Under the pieces are notes generated by a model. The model did not search any database, was not told the origin of the DNA, and was given only the letters and a program-made list of their open reading frames with translations. 64,000 nucleotides of DNA, from assembly GCA_010093995.1 (NCBI GenBank), contig ML992525.1, forward strand, positions 1 through 64,000. The letters run 5' to 3'. Of this stretch, positions 39,880 to 52,108 are shown one piece after another. The position numbers were made by a program, and so were the translations under genes. The DNA is from Elsinoe ampelina (Eukaryota). Each line of letters opens with the position of its first letter. Positions within the stretch are counted from its first letter, which is position 1.

Positions 39880-40601
39880 GTCGAGGTCGACCGTGTATTT
39901 CTGTGCCAGAGGTGGTCTTTTGTCAGCGGTTCCGTAGCGTGCGAAACTTCATAACGTTGACATGAGTGTGAAGAAATGATCGATTGCAATCGAGCGTAGG
40001 AAAGTTGAGGCCGGGAAGCATGCGGGTGCATCTGTGCCCTACCTGAAGCACGAGCATTGGGTTAACAGAGATCCGCAGAGACCGGGCCTCTTGGGCAGTG
40101 GGTCTTCAATTTTGAAAGGGTCTTTTGCTGTATCATCTAGACAGATGCGAGTCACGCAAGGGGAGTCGAGTGTGAGGAGACCTGTCCATCAAAGCCATCG
40201 ACTGTCTTGTAATCTCCATCTCTGCGGGTCTCGTTGAATGCGTCCAGACTGCAGCTGTGCTGACTGCAGCGACGAAAAAGCAATTGCGTTGTTGAGGTGA
40301 CGAAGAGTCAAGGCCAAGTGGGATGTGCAGGACAGGAAATTTGACGGGGAGGCGGATCTGCAGCAGCAGCTCGTTCCCCGAGAACACTGCAAGGGTCCGA
40401 CCTCTCACAGTCCTCAGAGTCCTCACACCTTCTCAATCCACCCCGCCAGTCAAACTCTGTCCAGCCACGTCGATTGCCACCACAGTGCACCACTCTACGC
40501 GTGTCACGACCAAGAGGAGCTTGGGCCTCAGACATTTTCGTGAGGCAGAACAAGCAAGCAAGCCTTGTTCTGCCCGTGAAGCTGTCGACATAGTCTGCTG
40601 A

Positions 40602-42724
40602 ATGTTTCGACGCTGCCGTTATGCGTCAGGGCTGCCTCTATCACTCAGATCTTGTCAAGAGGTGGTGTCAAGATGCGGCGACTTCAGCACATCTCCGGCG
40701 CATTGGAGCATAGTGAATGGCTCCAAGAGCTGGCAGCGGACGGCAACTCGTTCGCGTCCACAGCCAGCTCCTATATTCAACAGGTTGAAGATCAAGAAAC
40801 GGGATGAGAAAAAGGAGCTTGAAGCTCTTCAAAGCCCTCGTGGAGGGCACGAAGGACCATTCGATGACGAGATGATTCGAGCCAGACTTGCAGCATGGCA
40901 CACTGAGTACCCATCATTCGTCAGAAGTTTCAAGCATGCTGTCGATGTCTCTGTGCCTAGTAGCGATGTCGACAGAAACGTTCTTTTCTGTCTAGAAAGT
41001 ATGCCGGACTTTTATAATGATTACAAGTGGACCAATGTCGTACAGGCAAAGTTCACGAAAAGGCGTAATGGTATCTACTGAACCAGTTCCAGGAGGATGA
41101 CTTGACTGACATGATCGCAGCAATGCAAACAAAGATAGAGCATCTTCATGAAGTCGGCAGGAGGCTCTTCAGATCGTCGAGTCAAACAATATCAAGAGTG
41201 GGCCTTTTGTTCATGCAATGCTGTTCGCAGGAGGGATATCTGGACGCGAGTCTCGACTTGGGAGTTTCATCACAGAGGGATGCCCCCAAGAATCGTCCTC
41301 GCGCCATGCTAGCCGACAACGAAGTCGCCGGTCTTGCCATGGTACATCTCGAGAAATTTGCTGAGCGAGGAAACGTTCTCGCCGCCACTCTCCTGGCCGA
41401 GCTCGCCAGTCGACAACAACATAGTCTTCGACACTTGGTCAACTTCTGGGACAGAGCAGTCAAGCTCGCTACAGAGCAGCACGATACGCTCATGCAGACT
41501 ACCATAGCCGCCAGATTTGAGCATCTGCGTAAGCCGTGGATTCAAGCGGCTGAGCTGCTCCGCAAGATAGATCCTGCAATGTCAACACAATATCTGCGCG
41601 TAGGTATGCAGTTGGACGACGCGGATGCTTACGCCATGTATGCACTACAACACGAAGACGACACAAGTGGGGACGACATTGCCTTTTTGGAATGGCTCAA
41701 CGCAGCCACCAAAGCTGCGGCTTCTGGATCTATTCGCTCTTCCGTGGCGCTAGCCCGTCACTATGCAAATACCTCTGCGCCGGATTTGAAGGAGATGCTC
41801 GATGCAGAAACGCCTGCCCCCCCTATACTTCGTCGGATCAAGGCCAATCTCGACCTCGGCAGGCTTTTTCTGACTGGACAGCTTAAAAAGTTTGCAGAAA
41901 AACAGGAGGCGATGAAGGAGGCGGAGATCGACCGGGTAGCACGCAACTATCAAGCAAGACTAAAGCGGGAGGAGAATGTCTTGACAGACTACCACGCTGC
42001 AGTAGCGGAATTCGACGCCTCCTGTAGGTCGCCCCTAGATCGGGTGCAAATGGCTACGCAATGGCTTGATTTGGCCTATGGGTATTCCAACGTCGCAGCC
42101 GCCCTCGACCTCGCCTATCTTCATTCCCGCCTATACCTGTTCCAAGAATTCAACATGTACATCGACATTAGACATCCAGACGCGCAGACCGATAAAGACA
42201 TCCTCGAGATCGTTAAAGACTATCCCGAACAATATGGCACGACTCCTAAGCTCGAAGACCCATGGGACTACGACAAGGACGAGCCGCCACCAATGAAGGA
42301 CGCCCACGGTTTTAGGATTGTCCGCAAAGGCATTGAGAATCCTTTCTACAGCCCGAGCAAAGTACGGGATTACCTCAACGCCGTCGCTTTTTGCAAGTTG
42401 GCCATCGAGAGCGTAAAGAGGAGCGACGCCAAATCATGGGCAGACAAACAAGACTTGCAACCAGATTGGTATCGCTTTCCGGATGTAGCGCGGTACAACG
42501 AGGAGATCATTGAGGACTCGTGGGCTGAAGCCAGGCGTTACGCGGACATACTCGGCGTGGACTTGGTCGATTTCAGATTGACAGGCGAAGATCGAGGCAT
42601 GATGTACCGCCATCAAGGGGTCAGAGGTGAGGGTATCGCCGAAGTGGATAACAAGGTACTCCATTTGAGAGATGAAGCGGCCAGGCTGCGAACTCGAAGC
42701 CAGCAGATGAGACGAGACCTTTAG
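40602..42724 (+). CDS. Hypothetical helical-repeat (SEL1/TPR-like) protein, possibly mitochondrial; intron near 41040-41092 uncertain
   Basis: Arg/Ser-rich N-terminal ORF followed by a 540-aa ORF with SEL1-like segments (EWLNAATKAAASGS, QWLDLAYGYS). The acceptor TTCCAG at 41092 is in frame with the second ORF. Confidence 0.6.
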
Positions 42725-43085
42725 TATAGCGAAGCATCCGCAATAGCATTATACCCTCTACCATTGCCCTGATAGGGTCTAACAATAATAATCGTCCCTC
42801 CCAACGCCTCGCTTGACCTGTCATAATCCCATGCCCACCATTCCCGAACGCAGGTTCTTATCCGCTCTCGAACAATTCATCAACCCGTCCACCACCTCCC
42901 ATCCTCTTCATCCGCCGAGCAAGCTCCTCCCGCATCCGGCGAACCCCCTGCTTCCGCCTCCCCACCCTCTCCAACCTCCACCGTGCACCAGCATACGCTC
43001 TCGACACCACCCTCCCCTCCACAACCGCATAATCCACCCCCTCCACCCACATCCCTCCTCCCCCATCCCGCTTATCATAGCGTTC

Positions 43086-43493
43086 CTACCGTCCCTGCCC
43101 CACCCCTTCCCCGTCCTCCCCCACCACCTCCCTCCGATCTAAACTCCCATTCCTCCCCCCTTCCCTCCCTTGTACCCCATCCCCCAACTCCCCTCTCATC
43201 CCCCCCTCGACATCCCCCCTCCCATCCCTCCTCCTATCCCCTGCCCCCCTCTCCTCCCGCCCCTCCCCATCAGCCTCGACGACCTCCATCCTCCTGCCCA
43301 GCTGCTCAAGGAGAAACGCCCTCTCGAGGCGCATCTTCAGTATCGCTCGGTCCAGACGCAGGCGGCGCACGCGCGCGGCGTCGTTGGCTTCTTCGACTTC
43401 GTTGAGGCGGCGTTTGAGCTCGATGCATTTTCTGTAGTAGGCTTTTTCCACCGAAGGGGGGAGGGGGGTGAGGGTTGTTGGGGGGGTGGTCAT
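43086..43493 (-). CDS. INO80 complex subunit F/Nhp10-N-terminal-like coiled-coil protein (3' end uncertain)
   Basis: LPPSVEKAYYRKCIELKRRLNEVEEAND...MRLERAFLLEQL, followed by a G/E/R low-complexity tail. Confidence 0.65.
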   Translation of the reverse strand: MTTPPTTLTPLPPSVEKAYYRKCIELKRRLNEVEEANDAARVRRLRLDRAILKMRLERAFLLEQLGRRMEVVEADGEGREERGAGDRRRDGRGDVEGGMRGELGDGVQGREGGRNGSLDRREVVGEDGEGVGQGR

Positions 43494-43952
43494 TTCTGCG
43501 TTGTCGGGGGGTGTGAGAGTCGATTGATGGTTGGTGGCTGGAGGTGGAGTCGGGTAGTGTGGCTCGTGGTTGACTGTACGGTTAGGCTGTTTGATTGGGG
43601 TGGTGAGACGGCGGGGACGCAGCTGGTGAAGGAAGGAAGCCGCGATTGTAGCGCATGGAAGCTTGAAGCTGGAGAAGGCTTAGTCAGCGGGTATACCATG
43701 TGAAATGGTTCGGGTGCAAGAGACCATGCGTACTACTTAAAATGCTGATGACAAGACGAGGAACATTGATTTGGTCGCTTGCTTGATTACACACGTGATA
43801 GTCTTGTGATTCAGCATGTCAAGCTTCCCGCTCAAGAGCTGCTCTACAGGAATTGTGTAGCTTCATTACACCTGACAATCATCTATCCTATCCTACAAAC
43901 CGAGAGTGAAGTGCCATGCTACTCATCACGTCGTATACAATACCACTACTCC

Positions 43953-45098
43953 CTATGTCCACCTCGAAAATGCTCGCCCAAAATCATCCGCTGTGACACT
44001 GTTAGCATTCATCCACCCAATCACACTGATCATGCTCACCATAAAACCCAGTAACAAAACACCCACTCTGCTCCCTCTTCGCCTCCGCCTTGGGCAACCA
44101 CCCCTTTATACTCTCCATCCGATTCCGACTCGCCGGATGCGTGCTCAGAAACTGCGGCGGACCTCCCCCATCCCTCTTCTCCAATTGATCCATTCGCTCC
44201 CACATGTCCGCCGCCGCAGAGGGGTCGTAGCACGCCTCGCTCATCATGATCAATCCGATATAGTCTGCCTCACTCTCCTGCTTCCTCGAATGCGGGTTGT
44301 CAAAGGCATACTCCACCGCCAACCGTGTCAGACTGAGGTCGTCGAGCCCGAGGAAGAAGCTGACCAGGAATGCCACGGGCATGAGCACCCATGACTGACT
44401 CAGCCTTTCTCCCACGTGGTTGGCTACGTTGTGGGCGATCTCGTGTCCTAGCACAGCGGCGAGGCCGTCTTCACCCTGAGCTACGTCCAGGATGCCGCGG
44501 AAGACAAAGACGTGACCGCCTGGTAGCACAAAGGCGTTCTTGGTCTTGTCATCTATTACGTGTACTGTCCATCTGCTTGACTCATTTGCAAAGCCGGAGT
44601 GTGGTAGGAGGCGTTGGAGGACGCGCTCGGTCATGCGGTGTAGAGGGTGGGTTTCGGGGAGGATCTTCTCGTCGAACTCGTCGAGGGTTTGTTGGAAGGC
44701 CGTCTCGGAGGTTCGACGGACGAAGTCGTCGGAGATGAAGTTGAAGCGGCGGCGACCGGAGACCTGGGCATGTTAGTATGAGTTGAGCCGTGACCGAAGA
44801 AGGAGGTACGGACTGGTACTTCTTCAAGGTTGGAGATGTAGAAGCCGCCTACTCCGGCGCTGATGAAGCCTATTTGATAGTAGAAGGTGGGAGACTGAGC
44901 CCATCGGTGGAGGAGATTAGTGGTGGTCTTGAATCGGTTGTAATTGTAGCGCGCTCGCTGAGGTGTGGTTCGCGAGAACGTGCGCGATTGAAGCTGTGGA
45001 AGAATGCGAGAACGAAGCGGTTGTAATCTGCTCGCCGGCTGTGGCAGCTGACGAGCGCCGAGAGCACTGAAAAGACGCCAGCGAGGCCGCGAAGCCAT
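43953..45098 (-). CDS. oma1: Mitochondrial M48 metalloendopeptidase Oma1, 3 exons
   Basis: Motifs NAFVLPGG, LGHEIAH, ESEADYIG and FLSTHP, with a presequence and two GT-AG introns. Confidence 0.93.
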
Positions 45099-45354
45099 GT
45101 TGTTACGATACGTATACGTGGCGGTGTGCAGAAAGGGACATTGTGCGTGGTTGTGGTAAGAGCTATGGTGCAGGAACCTAACTCGACGGAAGAGCATCCA
45201 GTCAGACGTCGCGCTAAGGATGGTTTTGTCACCATCGATAAACCTCTTGAGCGTATTCCCTAGGGAATTGTCCTAGCACATGTATGGGATCTCTCAAGTA
45301 CTTGGCAATTATCAGTATATTACAAGCTGTGGGTATCTTGGAAGGGTAATGTAT

Positions 45355-47073
45355 CTAGACATCAGGTGGTGGGGGTTGGTTCCACCAGTGCCCGCCATGG
45401 CCATCATCAGGAAGTGCTAAAAGCTTCCTACCACCACAAAAGCCACCTGGTTTGGCTATACGTTCGACGTCCTGATATGAACCCGTCCCCGACTTCTCAT
45501 CTGATATCCAGACTCTATCTTGAACTTTCTGACCTGGCTCTTCGTTCTGCCTCGGGTTGAAGCTTGGTCTCTTGCCAATCAGATTCATAATGTGCTGAGC
45601 TGGTGCTGACATTCGTTCGAAACGACGTGTAATCCCCAGCCATGACAAGGTACGGGTGTCGTATGCTACCCGGATATACGGGTTCATGTAGATTTCTGTG
45701 TCCTCGGTGAGGTTCTTCGGTTGTGCATGCTGTATGTCTGCATGGATTAAACAGCACTCAGAGGCATCCCAGAACGGATCCTCTTCGGCCCTGAACCGAG
45801 CTGGCAGGAAGTCATTCTTCGCATCCGGATCACGTTCGTCGTCTTCTCTCGGCTGTAGTAGTCTTCGACGAGGTGGCGTCAAAGTCGGACGGTCCACAGG
45901 GTCGTTCAAGAAGTACGATGCTTTGAATGCTACCATGCCTCCCCAGCAGCTCCTCACCCTGACTGCGTCCTTCTGCGCAAGAACGTCATTCCTGCTGGCA
46001 GCCGCACCGACATGCGCAAACCATGGATAGAATGGAACACCCATGTCGTACCCTTCGAGATCTCTCGTGGCAAACGTATCGTAGAATTTGAAGGGGTTGA
46101 TAAAGTCTGTGGCACAAGCAGCGCGGTATTGGGTCCGACCATCTTCGCCCACATTCGTGGAGAGAAGGAGGTTGGCTGCGTCTATTGGATCAAAGACGAT
46201 ATCATTAACGTAGAGCAGCTTGTCGAATTTTGTGTTACGAACAGGCGAATTGTGATCGTCAAGTGGCATGAGAGCACGATTGCGTACTTTGGCCAGGAAC
46301 GAGATGCGTTTGAGAAGCTTGCGGCCATCGGGCATGATCACATGCTGGAGATCGGACGTGTCAAGATGTTCGTTGAGCACAATGTTCTCGCCTTGCAATG
46401 ATGTCAGTCCTATCAAATGTGATATCGGCAGGCTCGACTTACACTCTAGCCCCCTCCTAAACGCATAGAGCGCTTCGGACGCCTTCACCTCAGCGTCATT
46501 CTCGTAAATACTGAGAAAGACGTTCTTCGGACCAAGAAGATTCACGAGTGCCTTGAGGTTGTCTCCATATGCTCCCGAGATGAGTGAGCCATCCTTGTCA
46601 TATATGCTGGCCGCGATAAAGACCTGCTCGTTATTTGGATTAGCTCGCCCTAGCTCTGACGACACCAGCGCTCGCTTCCGAAGATCCAGATAATGCTGCG
46701 GCGGTCGACTGTAAGAAGGTATGAAAGCCGCGATAAAGATGACCCAGAAGAGGAACAACAAGAATAGCCATAGGACTACCTTGGCCTTCCACGGCCCATC
46801 ACGAGAGGCAACGGGTGGCGGGCTTGGTAGCTTCTGGTATTGAAGGAATCCTGGGACCGGAAGTCGGGGAATAGGTAAAGAAGACAGCAGACGGGACCAA
46901 TGGCTCTTCCCTCGGGACGTCTGAGAATAGTCTATTGCATCAAATCCATGGGCGTAATCCTCTTCAGCAAACAGGTCCAAGTCGCTGTCCTCATCTTCGG
47001 AGTTACGCGGGGCAAGCGAACGGAGGGGGAGCAGTGAAGATGCTTCTTCCCTGCCGATTGAGGTCGCTTGCAT
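45355..47073 (-). CDS. GT69 (CAP59/CMT1-like) alpha-1,3-mannosyltransferase, 2 exons
   Basis: Type II TM segment; motifs FLSIYEND, RISFLAKVRNRAL, FYDTFATRD, SCWGGM and ASECCLIHAD. In-frame 51-nt intron at 46442-46392. Confidence 0.9.
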   Translation of the reverse strand: MQATSIGREEASSLLPLRSLAPRNSEDEDSDLDLFAEEDYAHGFDAIDYSQTSRGKSHWSRLLSSLPIPRLPVPGFLQYQKLPSPPPVASRDGPWKAKVVLWLFLLFLFWVIFIAAFIPSYSRPPQHYLDLRKRALVSSELGRANPNNEQVFIAASIYDKDGSLISGAYGDNLKALVNLLGPKNVFLSIYENDAEVKASEALYAFRRGLECKSSLPISHLIGLTSLQGENIVLNEHLDTSDLQHVIMPDGRKLLKRISFLAKVRNRALMPLDDHNSPVRNTKFDKLLYVNDIVFDPIDAANLLLSTNVGEDGRTQYRAACATDFINPFKFYDTFATRDLEGYDMGVPFYPWFAHVGAAASRNDVLAQKDAVRVRSCWGGMVAFKASYFLNDPVDRPTLTPPRRRLLQPREDDERDPDAKNDFLPARFRAEEDPFWDASECCLIHADIQHAQPKNLTEDTEIYMNPYIRVAYDTRTLSWLGITRRFERMSAPAQHIMNLIGKRPSFNPRQNEEPGQKVQDRVWISDEKSGTGSYQDVERIAKPGGFCGGRKLLALPDDGHGGHWWNQPPPPDV

Positions 47074-47615
47074 TGGCACCTCAGCTTGGGGAATGTTGCG
47101 GGGTCGATAGAAAATTATGGCATGGTTATGAAATGTTGATAAGAAGGACGGCGGCTGGTGCACAAAGATTGAGGACGGCAGCCATGTCTTGGCGCGTCCG
47201 CGTCTTGCCACAAACTGATGTTGCACGTACTACAACCGTCCTCAAGGGTGATCATTGTCTATTCACTCCCTTTTCAATGATCATCATGTGTAACTACATC
47301 GCCCTGAAAATTCAAGCACCGCTGTCACGTAGCCAGGTTGGAGCCTTGCTGTTCTGGACATCCAACCAGGTTGCGTCCCGCTGCAAGCAGCAGCATCCAC
47401 AAGTCGGGCCATGTCCAACGGTCCCATTTCTGTAGTGTTTGAGGTCCGGTGTACTTTGCGAAGTCTGCTTGGCTGGGCATGACCATGTGCTTCCTTCTAC
47501 TACGTGCGAACCTGGCCTTTCTCGATGCAGTCAAGCGGGCTCTTTTGCGAAAGACACCCTGCACTTACCCAGGAAGAAGATGCGCATATCGCCCCTTATC
47601 CTCCGCCTCAGACAC

Positions 47616-48149
47616 TCACATTCCTCCTTGAATTGCGAAAGACGAGAGGATCAACGTTAGAGCATTGATGACGCCCCAGGAGAATGGTATCCATGTCGAC
47701 ATCCTAAAGAAACCTGCCGTGTACACGCCACCCAGTCTGTGAACAAATTAGTAGTTGCCCTCACCTTCTACATTCTGCACATACAGGGCGCCAACAACAT
47801 TGCCAGCGATAATAGCTTCAATGCCGCCTACAACAGTGTAGATAATTGGAACCACCCATATGATCTTCCAATTCCTCCATTGTACCAGACAAGCATACAG
47901 CGCTGCGACGATATGTACACCTGTCACAGCAATGATTGTCCAGAGAAGAGTGAAACGCCATATTGAGCCAGCATCGTACAGGTAGTAAGTTTGTGTGCCG
48001 TCCACAGGGAATGGCCAGTAGAGCGATGGGAATGGTGGCGCCGTGTAAGATAGCGGTCTGTCATTCACGACGATCTTGAGAAAGTCATCGGTGCTGGCAT
48101 TGTCAATAATTGTTGTAGCTCTACATCTCTATGAAAGGGCCCACCTCAT
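47616..48149 (-). CDS. TMEM170/YPR063C-like small membrane protein, 3 exons
   Basis: YTAPPFPSLYW, IWRFTLLW and spliced LGGVYTAGFFRMSTWIPFSWG. The first exon is only ATGAG. Confidence 0.8.
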
Positions 48150-48326
48150 CCTTTCTGTTGACTCGATTGTCCAGCAGGATGACAGAAACTGTCAGCCACG
48201 CGCATGCCGGGCACTTGGACCAAACAACAGCAACAGCAACAGCGAATCCTTTTGGCCTTCAGTCTCGTGATGTGTGAATGTCAAAGGGTGTGTCTACCAG
48301 CGATATGGAGCAGGCACATGTCACAA

Positions 48327-48332
48327 CCTCGG
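48327..48332 (+). promoter_or_regulatory. Candidate FarA/FarB site CCTCGG upstream of pex8
   Basis: Exact core ~120 bp upstream of the ATG, with a reverse CCAAT at 48351-48355. Confidence 0.45.
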
Positions 48333-48452
48333 CAAATTTCGGCAGCTGTGATTGGCCCACTCAGCATCACGGGTCATCTTGACCAAGCACCATCTCCATC
48401 TCTTGCTAGGTATACATGTTGGAAGTTGGATGAAGAATTACATGTAAGAGCT

Positions 48453-50616
48453 ATGCCTGCTGACAGGCTGCTGAGCACGCTGCTCAGAGCTCTGCAGACG
48501 CACGCGGATCAACAAGATACACCTCGGTGCGCAACACCACAGTCGGCCTGTACCGCAACCACTAACAACGCGTTCAGGATACTCGGGACTGCCGCATCGC
48601 TGCTGACGAGCTTGAACAACCCTTTAAATGTCACACTGCTAGTCAGCCAAGTTCTGAGTGCACCCGCACTATGGACTCGTGCCGATGGGCTACGCTTCTG
48701 TCTCAGCTTCATGGGCGTCTTCCATTCGGCTGTCAAACGGGTCGCCCAAGCAGACCTTGAAGAAGCTGAAAACAAAGCGAAGAATCGGCAACGCTACGAG
48801 CTACCTTCTGAACCTCGAATCCCATTGGCTGAATGGGTACAAGCTGTTGTGGAAGGAACTGACGAAAAGTCACCACGGTCTCGCCACCTGTTGGTTCTTG
48901 GAGGTATTCTGGTTGGCCTCGGTCACGAAGAAGACGACTTTGTGTCTCCGACTACCAAGGCTATCTTACAAGAGGCCTTTGTAAAAGCTACGAATCTCTC
49001 TCTACATGATCGAAATGACAGTGAGCTGAGTCGACACATCATCGCTCTCGCATTGAATCACGCATTCCCGTACCTCTCAGACTTTGAGAGGTCACGCATC
49101 GACTATGACGAGCTGTTGCCAGTTCTCATGCAATCATTACTTCATTCACAGGAAGGGCTACGATCAGGATACTTCCTCCAAGCAATCGACACCGAAGTAC
49201 ATCAAGTATCAGGCACTCAATTCAGCTGGTCAGCATCATCCTCCACGTACCATCAGGTACAACGGATGCTAGCGGGGCCTCTGATCCAGTCCATGGGCGC
49301 GCTCTCTCGTCTAATTGCTCACGCTGCCGAGAACGTAAGTGACTCGTGGCTGGTCTCCTCCATGGTAGACGACGTTGCAGAATTCTCCAGCAACCTTCAC
49401 AAGTCGTGGCGACACAATAAGCTGTCGGAAATCGACGTTGCAGATGAGGAGCAATTCCTTGCCCAGGAAGCCAGACAAATGACCCTTCCGGAGCTGTGGC
49501 GATTGCTTCGGAGCACGTTGTTCGCAATGGTCATTGTCCTTCGTAGTGGTACAGGCCGACTGCTTGGTGACAGGACTCTCGGTAGTGATACAAGTGGGTA
49601 CACCAACGCTTTAATCCCGCATACTAATCACGACAGTCGCTCCACAAATCGCAGCTCAATCATTACGCGCACTGCATGACCTCAACTTCATCTTTGCTCG
49701 GCTGTCAAATGCCGCCTTCAGCCAGTACACCTTCACCCATCTCACATGTATCGATGTCCTCAACTCTTATCCCTCAGCTGCTCTTGAGTTTCTCAGATCT
49801 ATAGCTCCTACAGAAGCTGGCAAGATTCCTCAGCATCCCCTGGAGCGAACATCTGATCTGTTCTTCCTCAATACGGCAGAGCACTTTACGCTTTGCATAC
49901 CGCCAACGGAAGCTGAGAGTCTTTTAATACAGGCGGCATTACCTTATCTGACATCGACATCGACACCCGAACTCATCCCCATCTTCGAAGCTGCGCACTC
50001 TGTCATGTTGGCAGTCTTCTCGGCGCCGCAGAATGCCGAAGTAGCATCGCGACATTTGCCCTTCTATGTCGATGCACTGTTCAAGGTCTTTCCACAAAAC
50101 CTTTCTGCTCGACAGTTCCGGCTGGCATTCAAGAATCTAGTGAAAGTAGTAAGCCCGCCGAACGCAGTAGCACATCAAGAGCCAATGCTTGCCGCAATAT
50201 TACTCGACCTCATACACGAGCGGGCATTACATGCTCCGACTATGCCTTTACCTCCATCCGGTACGCAGCCACAAGTCCATGATCAATTCCCGCCCCTCTC
50301 GGAACAAGCAGTACTGGTACTTACTCTGGTCGACGCCTTGCCATTCATCGAAAATGGCCTCCTACAAGAGTGGCTCCCAATGATGCCAGGTCTGCTCCAT
50401 ATGGTAGCGGATGAAATAATGAGAGAGCATTGCATCAAACATCTATGGGAGACTATGATGGGTGGCAACATGGATTCGGAGAGAAGTCAAGTCTGTGTTG
50501 GGTGGTGGACTACAGGAGGGGGTATGGAGTCGACGTTATATGGCGGTCAAGGCGGTGAGCCACAGTATGCCATGGCAGGAGCTCTACCTGCGCGAGGGGA
50601 AGTTGCAAAAATATGA
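48453..50616 (+). CDS. pex8: Peroxin Pex8 (often annotated Pex17 in filamentous fungi), 3 exons
   Basis: N-terminus MPADRLLSTLL...LNNPLNVTLL; FPQNLSARQFRLAF; C-terminal PTS1-like AKI. Introns at 48527-48577 and ~49594-49636. Confidence 0.85.
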
Positions 50617-50922
50617 TATGATTGACACGATGGTGGATTGTAGGCTATGCATGTTTGTAGGCAGATACCCAGGATCAGGGCGTCCTCTGTATTTTCACCT
50701 CTGTATTTTCCCCTCTGTAATATCTTCTCATCGACCATGATGAGCCCAGCCCTCGCTGATGGTCTTGCCTCTGCTGCCTCAATGTGCCTGCCTGGGCAGA
50801 GCATCAAATGACCGGCACCATTTCCGGCGAGTGGCTAGTCCTGCCTCTGTCGAGCTCTTCGGAGCCGCCGTTGTACATGGAGCATGCCTTTTCGAATATG
50901 GTCCCTCTTCTACCATGTACCT

Positions 50923-51864
50923 TCAACCTGGGATATCTCTCTCGTTGTCCGCTCTCAGCTCAGCCATCAATCCATCCTTGTTCCTCGTCTTTTCATCCTC
51001 GTCCAGCTTCTCCATCACCACCTTATGCAGCCACTTTGCCTTCTCTTCCGCAACCTTGGTACACTCGATTATCTTCAAGGGCTTTATCGGATACCCGCCA
51101 TACTTGGCCAACTGCACAACCTCTCCAAACCGGTTCATGCCCACCACTAACTCTGCATCTCTGACCTGCTCTTCAAGCAGATCCGCATCGACTACAACGA
51201 CTTCCTCTCCGTCACCGACATAACCAGTTCCTCCCTTCCCTACCACCTCCTCCGGCACATTCCTGAAGAAACTGAAAGTCACACAGAAAGGGACATGGTT
51301 CAGGCTCAATCTCACCGGTTCCCTCTCCCGCGGGTCAAAGATCTTCACCTCTTCACCTCTGACCTCTACCTCCGGTCTGCGATAGTGCAGCAACCCTGCG
51401 ACAACAGCCGCACACGCCGCATCAACCAATCCTCCATCAAAGTCCAAGACGTGCACATCCGCTCTCACAGCGAACACCTTCTCTCCTGCCACGATACACA
51501 GGCTTTCCGTGTCCAGCGCTCCTGACCTTCTGATCGTCTTCTCCAGCAACCGACTCAGCAGTGTCTCCGCATCTTGCTGTCTCCCGACTTCAAAAGCAGG
51601 ACTCGCTAGTGGGGAAAGCTCAGTCGAGATTGTGAAGACGCCGTCGAACTTTCGGTCCGGGAAGGGCGTGGTGATAGAACTTGAGATCTTGACGAGGATA
51701 CGCGTCCGACCAAGCGAGAGCGTCACAGTGCCGGGTGTGGGATCGAAGGAGAGGTCTAGAGCACGATGGGAGAGGAGCGGGCGGGGTGTGAGACGTTGGC
51801 CTGAGCGTAGAGCGGAGCGGAGAAAAGTCGCCGCATTCAAGGAGGGTTCAGGCTCGCGAGGCAT
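50923..51864 (-). CDS. rrp45: Exosome core subunit Rrp45 (RNase PH fold)
   Basis: SRLLEKTIRRSGALDTESLCIVAGEK, DGGLVDAAC and LLHYRRP. Confidence 0.94.
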   Translation of the reverse strand: MPREPEPSLNAATFLRSALRSGQRLTPRPLLSHRALDLSFDPTPGTVTLSLGRTRILVKISSSITTPFPDRKFDGVFTISTELSPLASPAFEVGRQQDAETLLSRLLEKTIRRSGALDTESLCIVAGEKVFAVRADVHVLDFDGGLVDAACAAVVAGLLHYRRPEVEVRGEEVKIFDPREREPVRLSLNHVPFCVTFSFFRNVPEEVVGKGGTGYVGDGEEVVVVDADLLEEQVRDAELVVGMNRFGEVVQLAKYGGYPIKPLKIIECTKVAEEKAKWLHKVVMEKLDEDEKTRNKDGLMAELRADNERDIPG

Positions 51865-52108
51865 GATGTGAGAAAGAGCGGAAGGGGTGAAGACCCCGGT
51901 ATGAATGAAGGTGGAGGAGAGCTTGTCCCTCACCTCCGAGCGGGAAACTTTTTTGGAGCAAAACCCCGAAGTTCAGCCGGCGAAGGTTTCCAGCATCCAT
52001 CTCCATCACTCACCTCCGTCCACAACCAACTCCCCCATTCGCACCTCACATACATCCTCTCACCCACCCTTCACCCTCCAGTCCTCCCCCAATCCCTCTA
52101 CCACAGCA

